A stretch of DNA of 44,685 bases. It comes from a bacterium (GTDB taxonomy: Bacteria > Patescibacteriota > Saccharimonadia > CAILAD01 > BJGX01). The position numbers and the translations under genes were made by a program. Under the pieces are notes generated by a model. That model ran no database searches and had not been told where the DNA came from. It worked only from the letters and a program-made list of their open reading frames with translations. Shown here one piece after another: positions 34,600 through 42,425 of this stretch. Each line of letters opens with the position of its first letter. Position 1 is the first letter of the stretch. Where the stretch lies: contig JBAXPC010000001.1 of the NCBI GenBank assembly GCA_037132395.1, positions 1-44,685 on the forward strand, given 5' to 3'.

Positions 34600-35496
34600 T
34601 TAGTTTATTTTTTCGACGAGACGGAGTTTTGCACTCCGGGCTCGTGGGTTGTTATCTTTGATTGATCCCTTGATAGGCTTTTTATTAACTAGCCTATAGT
34701 TTGGTGAACTTATTTCACTACCAGTTACTAGGTCTTTGATACCTGTAGTAATTTCTTTGAAATACTGTTTTACTATTCTGTCTTCAAGGCTATGAAAGCT
34801 GATGACAGCTAGACGACCATTCTTTTTAAGGTTTGCGGTGGCTAGTGGTAATGTCTTCAGAAGATTTGCTAGCTCTTGATTGACTTCAATGCGTATGGCC
34901 TGGAAGGTCTTGGTGGCTGGGTTTATTTTTGAATTGCCCGGCAAGACGCCAGAGACGATCGATGCTAGCTGTTTGGTGGTTTTGACTGGCTCTAGCTGAC
35001 GCTCGGCGACTATCGCTGAGGCGATTCGCCTGGACCTAGTTTCTTCACCGTAGCGGTATATGACACTAGCAAGGTCTTCCTCGGAATACTGGTTTACGAC
35101 CATCTCTGCAGTAAGCTCTTGGTCTTGGTTCATACGCATATCTAGATTAGCCTCTTGGCTAAAACTAAATCCGCGATTGGCTTGGTCGAGCTGCGGAGAT
35201 GAAACTCCAATATCCATCAGCACCTTATCTACCCTTCCGACACTATCCCAGTCGATATCTGCAAAATTGCTATGTATATATTCTACATTTGAGCTATTTG
35301 AAAACTTATTTTTAAGTTCCTCAATTGCTTCGATGTCTGTATCGACTAGTATTAATCGTCCGGCCGGACCGATGAGGCCGAGGATCTTCTCGGAGTGCCC
35401 ACCGTACCCGGCTGTCATGTCTATGACCGTCTCGCCACTTTTAAGATTTAGCAGCTCGATGGTTTGCTCTAGTAATACTGGTTTGTGTAATTTCAT
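34600..35496 (-). CDS. rsmH: 16S rRNA (cytosine1402-N4)-methyltransferase RsmH
   Basis: HKPVLLEQ, DMTAGYGGHS, FHSLEDRIVK, NPRARSAKLR. ATG 35496 is preceded by AGGTGA; the track ORF starts at GTG 35508. Confidence 0.92.
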   Translation of the reverse strand: MKLHKPVLLEQTIELLNLKSGETVIDMTAGYGGHSEKILGLIGPAGRLILVDTDIEAIEELKNKFSNSSNVEYIHSNFADIDWDSVGRVDKVLMDIGVSSPQLDQANRGFSFSQEANLDMRMNQDQELTAEMVVNQYSEEDLASVIYRYGEETRSRRIASAIVAERQLEPVKTTKQLASIVSGVLPGNSKINPATKTFQAIRIEVNQELANLLKTLPLATANLKKNGRLAVISFHSLEDRIVKQYFKEITTGIKDLVTGSEISSPNYRLVNKKPIKGSIKDNNPRARSAKLRLVEKIN

Positions 35497-35789
35497 TGTC
35501 AAGGTCACCTATTTAGCAGCCAGTTATTGGTTTTTGTTTTTGTTTTTTGGTTAAAGGGCTCAAGGCTTTTGGCGCTTGAACCGCTATGTGGTAAGGACTT
35601 TAATGAGTCCTTATTGAGTGTGTGAGATAGTTTGTGAGGTGGAGTTTTATATTGTTTCATAAGATGCTAGGGTCTTTATTTAAGCGTCACCCTCCAGAAA
35701 CGCTTACTGACTGCCAAATAGTTAACTTTGTGTTTTGATTTTTATTTTTGTTTTTAAGGATCCGGCTATTATAAGTCCATCGGATAGCT

Positions 35790-36140
35790 TTACTTTGGTG
35801 CGATTCGCCAGTATTTGCCGGCGCGAACCAACACAACTGCGCGAGCATTGCTAAGTAAAGCCATTTGGTGGGCTTCTAATGTAACTCTCCCCTGCTTGGA
35901 ATCAAGCTTAGAAATAGATTTGCCTATTCTGAATTTAACATTCAAATCGGCGATCGATTCATCTAGAATGTCGCCTGATAGTGCGGTTTCCATTTCGCTG
36001 TCCCAAACCGTCTTGGAGTAAAGGTGCAGGTATTGGCCGAAGCCCTGGGTAACTACTACTTCGTTTCCTAATTCGCTTTGCAATTCGCTAGGAATTGTAA
36101 GCCTATTTTTGTCGTCTAGTTTTCTTTCGAAGTAATCCAT
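35790..36140 (-). CDS. mraZ: Transcriptional regulator MraZ, short form (116 aa)
   Basis: Two SpoVT/AbrB-like half-motifs, LDDKNRLTIPSEL and LDSKQGRVTLEAH. I prefer ATG 36140 (MDYFERK...) because GTG 36161 lies inside the repeat array. Confidence 0.85.
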   Translation of the reverse strand: MDYFERKLDDKNRLTIPSELQSELGNEVVVTQGFGQYLHLYSKTVWDSEMETALSGDILDESIADLNVKFRIGKSISKLDSKQGRVTLEAHQMALLSNARAVVLVRAGKYWRIAPK

Positions 36141-36154
36141 TGTTTCTCTTTTGT

Positions 36155-36287
36155 TACCCACTTTTACCCACTGGAACTATTGTACTACTCCTTACTACCC
36201 ACTGTAAAGGGTTTTTAGATACTTTTTTATATGCTAAATACCATACTTTATATGCTTAATATACGAACAAAATACGAATTACCCACT
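36155..36287 (-). promoter_or_regulatory. mraZ promoter with four AGTGGGTA repeats (MraZ-box-like operator)
   Basis: On the minus strand: TTTACA (36208-36203), 18 nt, TACAAT (36184-36179). Repeats (plus-strand TACCCACT) lie at 36155-36162, 36165-36172, 36196-36203 and 36280-36287. The two proximal copies are exactly 10 nt apart. Confidence 0.55.
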
Positions 36288-36311
36288 TAAAATGTTTGCT
36301 ATAATAGTTTT

Positions 36312-36809
36312 ATGAGACACTTAAAAAAGATTCAACCAGACTACATTCATAGTGCATTTTTCGGAGTTGAAGACAGCTTGATATCGACTACAGGCGCACT
36401 GGCAGGTATCGCCATTGGGTCAGGCAACAGGTCCGTTATACTGCTCACTGCCCTTGTTATTATTGCTGTCGAATCGACCTCGATGGGAGCCAGCGAGTTT
36501 ATTAGTGAAGAAACTGAGGAGGAAATAGAGAAACTAAAACTCCCCGCTAACCCAAAGATTAGCGGGTTACTGATATTTTTATCGTATGTCGTAGCAGGCT
36601 TAGTGCCTTTGGCTCCTTACTTATTCCTCGCTCCGGCGCAGGCCATACCAATAAGCGTTATGCTCGCTCTAGTCGGTCTTACTATACTGGGCATAGTTAA
36701 GGGTAAGCTAACAAAACTAAATCCCCTGAAGTCAGCGCTTGAAGTTCTAGTAATTGGTGGGATAGCTACATCAATCGGAATTGTGGTTGGAATAGTCTTT
36801 AAAGTCTAG
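36312..36809 (+). CDS. VIT1/CCC1-family (iron/manganese) transporter-like membrane protein, short form
   Basis: FFGVEDSLISTTGALAGIAIGS motif and C-terminal TM helices. TGcTATAAT (36297-36305) lies 6 nt upstream of the ATG, with no SD. Confidence 0.7.
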   Translation: MRHLKKIQPDYIHSAFFGVEDSLISTTGALAGIAIGSGNRSVILLTALVIIAVESTSMGASEFISEETEEEIEKLKLPANPKISGLLIFLSYVVAGLVPLAPYLFLAPAQAIPISVMLALVGLTILGIVKGKLTKLNPLKSALEVLVIGGIATSIGIVVGIVFKV

Positions 36810-36810
36810 C

Positions 36811-38181
36811 CTAGAGGCCGAGTTTGTCGTCTAGGTAGGCTTTGAGGTCGGCCAGTTTGATGCGATCCTGTTTCATTGTGTCGCGTTCGCGTACTGTAAC
36901 GGCTTTGTCTTCGAGGCTTTCAAAATCGACAGTCACACAATATGGTGTGCCGATCTCGTCTTGGCGGCGGTAACGCTTACCGATAGATTGGGTTTCGTCA
37001 TACTCGACATTATAGTTACCCGCTACTGTATCGAACACTTCATTGGCCAACTTGGACAGCTCAGGTTTTTTACTAAGTGGCAGTACAGCTACTTTTACAG
37101 GAGCAATCTCTGGTGCGAAGCGCATTACGATACGCTCCTCGCCGTTAACTTCTTCCTTATCATAAGCGTCGAGCATAACAGCCATTAATAGTCTCTCGAC
37201 TCCGACTGATGGCTCTATCACATAAGGCAAAAAGCGCTCGCCAGAAGCCTCATCAAAATAAGACAGGTCTTTGCCGCTCTCTTTAGAGTGCGCCTTCAGG
37301 TCGTAATCGGTACGATTAGCTATGCCGTAGAGCTCTTTGAATCCGAATGGGTACTGGTATTGGATATCGACGCTTGACTCGGCATAGTGTGCCCTCTCAT
37401 CATCGGCATGGTCGTGATACTGAAGATTTTCCTGGCTTAGTCCGAGACTTAGTAGCCATTCCATCGCGGCCACTTTGGAGGCTTCGTATTGGTCTTTGGC
37501 TTGGTCGGGGTGGGTGAATACTTCTAGTTCCATTTGGCTGAACTCGCGTAGCCTAAAAATAAAATCACCAGGCGTTATTTCGTTCCTAAAAGCCTTACCT
37601 ATTTGAGCGATACCGAATGGTAGTTTTTTACGGGTAGTCTCGCGAACATTTTCGTACTGTGAAAAAATACCGCCAGCTGTTTCGGGCCTGAGATATGCTT
37701 CATTGGAGGCATCTTGCACTGGTCCGACCGAAGTTTTGAACATCATCTGGAAGGTTCTGGAGGGCGTAAATGAGTCTTTGGCATCACAACTTGGGCAAGC
37801 TAGCTCTTCTAGTTTTTCATCGAGCTTTTTGAGGTCATTAGTATCAACTCCTGCAAGGTGATCAGCTCTAAAACGATGTTGACACTGCTTGCAATCTACC
37901 ATTGGGTCGACAAAGGTTTCGATGTGGCCACTAGCCTTCCAGAGTTTTGGGTTTTGAATGATGGCAGTATTAATACCAACAACATTGGATTTTTTATATA
38001 CAAAATTCTTCCACCAACTTGATTTGATATTGTCTGCCAACTCTGATCCGTATGGTCCGAGGTCCCAAAATCCCGCTAAGCCACCGTAGATGTCTGACGC
38101 TTGAAACACAAAGCCGCGCCTCTTGGCATAGCTTGTTAACTCTTCCATCGATAATTTGTTTTTTGATTTATTCATGACCAT
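36811..38181 (-). CDS. glyQS: Glycine--tRNA ligase (alpha2 dimeric type)
   Basis: SDIYGGLAGFWDLGPYGSEL, class II motifs, and a C-terminal anticodon-binding domain. The alternative start, ATG 38175, lies 6 nt after a TATAAT. Confidence 0.92.
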   Translation of the reverse strand: MVMNKSKNKLSMEELTSYAKRRGFVFQASDIYGGLAGFWDLGPYGSELADNIKSSWWKNFVYKKSNVVGINTAIIQNPKLWKASGHIETFVDPMVDCKQCQHRFRADHLAGVDTNDLKKLDEKLEELACPSCDAKDSFTPSRTFQMMFKTSVGPVQDASNEAYLRPETAGGIFSQYENVRETTRKKLPFGIAQIGKAFRNEITPGDFIFRLREFSQMELEVFTHPDQAKDQYEASKVAAMEWLLSLGLSQENLQYHDHADDERAHYAESSVDIQYQYPFGFKELYGIANRTDYDLKAHSKESGKDLSYFDEASGERFLPYVIEPSVGVERLLMAVMLDAYDKEEVNGEERIVMRFAPEIAPVKVAVLPLSKKPELSKLANEVFDTVAGNYNVEYDETQSIGKRYRRQDEIGTPYCVTVDFESLEDKAVTVRERDTMKQDRIKLADLKAYLDDKLGL

Positions 38182-38193
38182 ATTATACCTCAG

Positions 38194-38931
38194 CTAAACA
38201 CTGCCATGCAAAAGATTTGTGCTCTCAGACATAACTTTTACACTTTTTATTTTGCGCTCTAGGTTGTACTGCAAATAATCAATGACTAGATTTAACGATT
38301 TGCCAAGTACTAAACTGCTAACGCTTAGCCGCAAAACGGTTGTTTTGGGGTGTGACATGCAAATCTTCCAAAGCTTGGCGACATCCATATCGATAACCGA
38401 GCTTGTAGCGCCCACTTTAGAATTACTTAGGCTTCCTTCTGAAAAGTTTAAATAACAGCTTCTCGAGCCTTCTTGCCACTGAATATCGGGCGCTATGCCA
38501 GAGGTCTGCATGATGCCAATTAGCCCGTAGTTGAGTAGCAGCGCAGTTTTACTATTGGTAGCGATATCAATTAGGCTCTCGCGGTAGCTTCGATATAGCT
38601 TTTGGTTTGGCATCTGTTCGGCAGTCAACAGGGCTACTACCTCGGTCAGCAACAAGGCGCTGATATTGATTTCAAGAGACTTGGCCGAGAATAAGTTTTG
38701 ACCGATTGCTCTGGCACCTACTACGGTCGGTAGTTTTGATGTGCCCAGAACCTGAAACTTGCTCTCTACCAATGGCTCCATGTGTGATTGTAATTTTGCT
38801 GTGGGTTTTTTGATTCCCTTAGCAATAAAACTTGTTTTACCCTGCTCCTCACTAAAGACAGTGATGATCTTGTCGGCGTCTTTAAGGCTTTTTCTGCCAA
38901 CAATAAACCCTGTCAGCTCAACTTGCTTCAT
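38194..38931 (-). CDS. recO: DNA repair protein RecO
   Basis: N-terminal OB-fold pattern LTGFIVGRKSLKDADKIITVFSEEQGKTSFIAKGIKK, with typical length and layout. Confidence 0.8.
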   Translation of the reverse strand: MKQVELTGFIVGRKSLKDADKIITVFSEEQGKTSFIAKGIKKPTAKLQSHMEPLVESKFQVLGTSKLPTVVGARAIGQNLFSAKSLEINISALLLTEVVALLTAEQMPNQKLYRSYRESLIDIATNSKTALLLNYGLIGIMQTSGIAPDIQWQEGSRSCYLNFSEGSLSNSKVGATSSVIDMDVAKLWKICMSHPKTTVLRLSVSSLVLGKSLNLVIDYLQYNLERKIKSVKVMSESTNLLHGSV

Positions 38932-39311
38932 TTTTGCCCGCTATATAGCTTTACCAGATCCACGAACTGGGCAATCGAGAATTGGCTCTTAGTATAAATG
39001 CCGACAATATTTAGCCCAACCATCAGTTCTTTATTCATATTTAACTCATCGGTATTGAGGCCGGTAACAATCATGACTGAAAACCTATCACCGCCTGGCT
39101 GCCGTCTGAGGGTCTTCAGGAGTTCGAAGCCATTCTTTTGTCCTAACATGATATCGAGTACTATTAGGGTATGCTGGCGAGGCTTAAACTTTGCCAGGGC
39201 TTCAAAAAAATCTCTAGCTATAACCGACCTAATACCTTCGGCCTTAAGTGACTGATGGTAGACTTCTGCTAGCAAACTATCGTCTTCTACTATGAGTACG
39301 GACTGCTTCAT
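38928..39311 (-). CDS. Single-domain response regulator (receiver only)
   Basis: VLIVEDD, VLDIMLG (phospho-Asp), MIVTG, IYTKSQ. Resembles the regulator at 12548. Confidence 0.85.
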   Translation of the reverse strand: MKQSVLIVEDDSLLAEVYHQSLKAEGIRSVIARDFFEALAKFKPRQHTLIVLDIMLGQKNGFELLKTLRRQPGGDRFSVMIVTGLNTDELNMNKELMVGLNIVGIYTKSQFSIAQFVDLVKLYSGQK

Positions 39312-39312
39312 G

Positions 39313-39969
39313 CTACTTATTGTACAGAAGTGGAATCTGATTAGACAGCTGCATTCTTATAAACACAACTCTTTGGCCTTGATAATTCACAAACCTGATA
39401 CTCCCTCCATAGGTCTTGATTAATTTATCTACAAAATCAACCACATCCTTCAGGAATTGGTTGGTACTAAGGGCTTTAGAGCCAGCTATTCGGACCGTCA
39501 CATAGTCGCCTCTTCGGCGTAATCCGATACTGAGGTCCTTGGAGTGGAGATCTTCGAGGATGATGATATCGAGGATGATCCTGATTATCGATGATATGGC
39601 CCTAACCTCGCCCATGACATCGACGAGAGGCTTAACTCTGTCAGTGCGAATCCGCACCGTGACTCCCTGAAATGATGATTCTGCCAGAGCAATAGCTTCG
39701 ACTAGGTTGGCTGTTCGGGCACTAAAATCGCCTATTTGTCTGCTAATAAACAGTAGCTGGCTCAATAGGTCAATATTGATCTTGTTACGCTTAACTAATA
39801 TTTTCAGAAGCCTCGGAGCTTTGGTTTTGGTTTTGCTTTGACCGAGAGCATCTTCGATTATGAGTTGGTCAGAGGCTATCCTACCGACTAGTTCGGAGAG
39901 GATAAAATTAAAGTAGTCGTAATCAAATAGCATGAGCCTAGCATAGCTTTTGTGTGACCTATAGAGCAA
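39313..39969 (-). CDS. Hypothetical protein; possibly a degenerate histidine-kinase-like partner of the downstream receiver
   Basis: The C-terminal part (GDYVTVRIAGSKAL...LIKTYGGSIRFVNYQGQRVVFIRMQL) resembles the end of an HATPase_c fold, but N/G1/G2 boxes and an H-box His are not evident. TTG start is uncertain; the alternative is ATG 39933. Confidence 0.35.
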   Translation of the reverse strand: MLYRSHKSYARLMLFDYDYFNFILSELVGRIASDQLIIEDALGQSKTKTKAPRLLKILVKRNKINIDLLSQLLFISRQIGDFSARTANLVEAIALAESSFQGVTVRIRTDRVKPLVDVMGEVRAISSIIRIILDIIILEDLHSKDLSIGLRRRGDYVTVRIAGSKALSTNQFLKDVVDFVDKLIKTYGGSIRFVNYQGQRVVFIRMQLSNQIPLLYNK

Positions 39970-39982
39970 GCGTAAGCTTTTA

Positions 39983-40702
39983 TTATGGTACTAATTTCAT
40001 ACCGGCCAAGATGCCTTCGAATATAGTGCCATACTTAGCAGAGTCACTAGTGCTTAATACCATTATTTTCTCTCGAAGAGGTATCACAACTACTTCAGAC
40101 TTGAGCTTAATTTTAGAATCAAATGTACCAACATACTTACGTCCCTTAATGCCTGAGACTACGAAGTCTGAGGCCTTGACGTCACTACCTATTTTTTTAG
40201 ATTTATCATCGTAGTCCTTAACTATTTTGTCGTAATCGGCTCTTTTAAGCTCTAGGTTAAAGCCATGAAGATCGGAGCTTTGGTCGATATAATTTGGGTC
40301 GGCGATACCTGTGATTGTACCATCTGTTGGCTTGGGCTCAATAGACCAACTCCAGAGCTTAGGAATAGGCAGCTCAAAACTACCGAACTCAGCCGGCGAT
40401 TTATAAACATAAGCTTGAGCCAAAAGCTCGTTGTTAGATACAACAGTTTGGTCGGCCACTCCTTGCGCTAGTCCTTTTTTATACTGGGCGTCTAGATCAG
40501 CTTTTTTGACCTTGGAGCTGTTTGCCGAAACCACAATTAAAGCCACCAATAGTAGCAGTACGACCCCGGCACCTAGGCCTATTGCTAAAATCAGGCCCGT
40601 ATTCTTTTTTCCGGGTTTTTGGATGTTCATACTCATTGGGTCTGGCAAGCCAGGCCCTGGTGCTGGAGATTCCGGATTGTTTAGTGGATTTTGGGCTTCC
40701 AT
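39983..40702 (-). CDS. Hypothetical membrane-anchored protein (Pro-rich N-terminus, one TM helix, about 170-aa external domain)
   Basis: MEAQNPLNNPESPAPGPGLPDP..., TM helix GLILAIGLGAGVVLLLLVALIVV. No family recognised. Confidence 0.6.
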   Translation of the reverse strand: MEAQNPLNNPESPAPGPGLPDPMSMNIQKPGKKNTGLILAIGLGAGVVLLLLVALIVVSANSSKVKKADLDAQYKKGLAQGVADQTVVSNNELLAQAYVYKSPAEFGSFELPIPKLWSWSIEPKPTDGTITGIADPNYIDQSSDLHGFNLELKRADYDKIVKDYDDKSKKIGSDVKASDFVVSGIKGRKYVGTFDSKIKLKSEVVVIPLREKIMVLSTSDSAKYGTIFEGILAGMKLVP

Positions 40703-40704
40703 TA

Positions 40705-41235
40705 TTAGTCTTTCTTAAGATTAGATTCGCCTGGAGCCCAATCGACCGGGCAAAGGCCACCGGTTTGGAGGGCCTTAACGACGCGCAATGTTTCCTCGAC
40801 GCTCCTGCCGACATTGTCATCAGACATCACGACGTAACGCAGGTCGCCTTCGGGGTCGATAATGAATGTTCCGCGCTCGGCTTCTCCGCTATCTTCTTTG
40901 AGTATTTCGTAAGCTCGTGTTAGCGAGTGGGCTGTATCGGATACAATTGGGAAGCCAACATTTTTGAGGTCTCGCTCGTACCAAGCCTTGTGCGATTCTA
41001 CACTGTCGGTGCTAGCAGCTAGTATTTGGGTGTTAATTTTTTCAAAATCTTTTTCCATTTTTGCAAATCCCTCAATTTCGGTTGGGCATACAAAAGTAAA
41101 GTCGCGCGGGTAAAAAAACAAAATAATCCATTTACCCTTAAAGTCTTTTAGGCTGACGACGCGATAATCGCCCTTGATGCCTTTTTGGTAGGCCGAGAGT
41201 TTAAAGTCTGGGGCCGGTTGGTTTAGTCTTAACAT
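40705..41235 (-). CDS. Typical 2-Cys peroxiredoxin (AhpC/Prx1 family)
   Basis: FFYPRDFTFVCPTEI (peroxidatic Cys) and C-terminal GGLCPVDW (resolving Cys). AAGGAG SD. Confidence 0.9.
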   Translation of the reverse strand: MLRLNQPAPDFKLSAYQKGIKGDYRVVSLKDFKGKWIILFFYPRDFTFVCPTEIEGFAKMEKDFEKINTQILAASTDSVESHKAWYERDLKNVGFPIVSDTAHSLTRAYEILKEDSGEAERGTFIIDPEGDLRYVVMSDDNVGRSVEETLRVVKALQTGGLCPVDWAPGESNLKKD

Positions 41236-41260
41236 TGGTTTCTCCTTTTAAAATTCATTT

Positions 41261-41290
41261 TAATTATTTAATTATTTAATTAATTATTTA
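41261..41290. repeat. Tandem 8-nt AT repeat (TAATTATT, about 3.5 copies) in the peroxiredoxin leader/promoter region
   Basis: The sequence reads TAATTATT TAATTATT TAAT TAATTATT TA, and lies 26-55 nt upstream of the start codon at 41235. Confidence 0.6.
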
Positions 41291-41435
41291 TTTTTTTTAA
41301 ATCTAACTCTTGGTCAGCGATATAAATGCCTTGATGGTCGCTGAGTTGGCGTTGGTATAGACCGAGCAAGGATTTATATTTCAATGACTCTTCATTCAAT
41401 CATAGGCTTAATTATACTACAACCATGCCGCGAGC

Positions 41436-41918
41436 TCAAAACTGATAGATGTTGGCCGAACCGATTTTTTGGTCGATCTTAATTCCCTCAAAACTAAAAC
41501 CATAAGAAATTATTATGGCACCAGGTTTAAGCTCGGCTTTAAGCTTGTCATAAAGCCGAGCCATAAAAGGCGAGGCACTAAATACAAAGACCACATTAGC
41601 CTTAGTGACATCGCCGCGCCAGTAGTCGCCTATGACTATTTTGACATCGGGTTGTTTTCTTAGACGAAGACGCGAAAATAAGGCCAGAAACGGATTGAGC
41701 TCGTAGCCAAGTGCCTTATAACCGTGCCGGGCGGCTGAGAGCAAGATACGACCATCGCCACTACCCATATCGACTACCAGGGCGCCTTTGCGTATCTTGA
41801 GCTCATCAAATATTTCATCGATGTCTCTCGACTTAGTTGGCACAAATGGTGCTCCTAAAAATACGATTAACCCAAATGATGCGAATAGCACTATAAAAAT
41901 CAACCAAAATATAATCAC
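41436..41918 (-). CDS. Membrane-anchored class I SAM-dependent methyltransferase
   Basis: N-terminal TM helix followed by motif I VVDMGSGDGRIL. GTG start. Confidence 0.7.
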   Translation of the reverse strand: MIIFWLIFIVLFASFGLIVFLGAPFVPTKSRDIDEIFDELKIRKGALVVDMGSGDGRILLSAARHGYKALGYELNPFLALFSRLRLRKQPDVKIVIGDYWRGDVTKANVVFVFSASPFMARLYDKLKAELKPGAIIISYGFSFEGIKIDQKIGSANIYQF

Positions 41919-41922
41919 GACT

Positions 41923-42405
41923 CTACTCTACTTCCTGATCTTTGGCCTGGAGCCATTTATTGACCTCCAGAACAGTCTTAAGGGGCGCAATCTTTGGCCA
42001 GACGGCGGCTATTTTTAAATCTGGGCCAATAATTACAGCTGAGCGAACGGTACCAAAAAATTTACGACCATACATACTGCGCTCTTGCCACGACCCGTAA
42101 GCCTCAATCATTTTATGCTCTGTATCGGCTAAGATTGGGAAGCTCAGTTGGTGCTTAGTGGCAAACTTACTATGGCTGGCGGTGTCGTCTTTACTAACGC
42201 CTATTACATCGATACCTTTGGACTGGAGATCGTCAAAATTATCTCTTAGTGCACAAGCTTGAGCTGTGCAGCCAGGAGTTTCATCGCGGGGATAAAAATA
42301 TATTAGAGTAGTCTTGCCCTTGAGGTCTTGGAGTTTATGATTTTTTCCAGATTGGTCTGGTAAATTAAAATCTGGCGCGTTATCGGTTAGTTTTAGTTCT
42401 ACCAT
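41923..42405 (-). CDS. bcp: Thioredoxin-dependent peroxiredoxin Bcp/PrxQ
   Basis: LIYFYPRDETPGCTAQAC. AGGAG SD. Confidence 0.9.
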   Translation of the reverse strand: MVELKLTDNAPDFNLPDQSGKNHKLQDLKGKTTLIYFYPRDETPGCTAQACALRDNFDDLQSKGIDVIGVSKDDTASHSKFATKHQLSFPILADTEHKMIEAYGSWQERSMYGRKFFGTVRSAVIIGPDLKIAAVWPKIAPLKTVLEVNKWLQAKDQEVE

Positions 42406-42425
42406 GAGCTCCTAACTTTTAAAAG

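Noticed and set aside
35505-35660. A 51-codon minus-strand ORF (MKQYKTPPHKLSHTLNKDSLKS...) in the mraZ-rsmH gap.
   Set aside because: It has no SD. It reads straight through the (A5C)n spacer as QKTKTKTN and has a biased composition. It is probably a chance ORF in an A-rich leader.
34459-35756. Whether the repetitive T/G-rich (A/C-rich) tracts, or the TAATTATT repeats at 41261-41290, could be a CRISPR array or satellite.
   Set aside because: The units are only 6-8 nt of low complexity with no spacers of unique sequence. No cas genes are present.
36141-36161. The GTG 36161 start for mraZ, and similarly the GTG 35508 start for rsmH.
   Set aside because: GTG 36161 lies inside the AGTGGGTA repeat array, and the canonical MraZ N-terminus begins at MDYFERKLDDKNR. 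For rsmH, ATG 35496 has an AGGTGA SD at the proper spacing.
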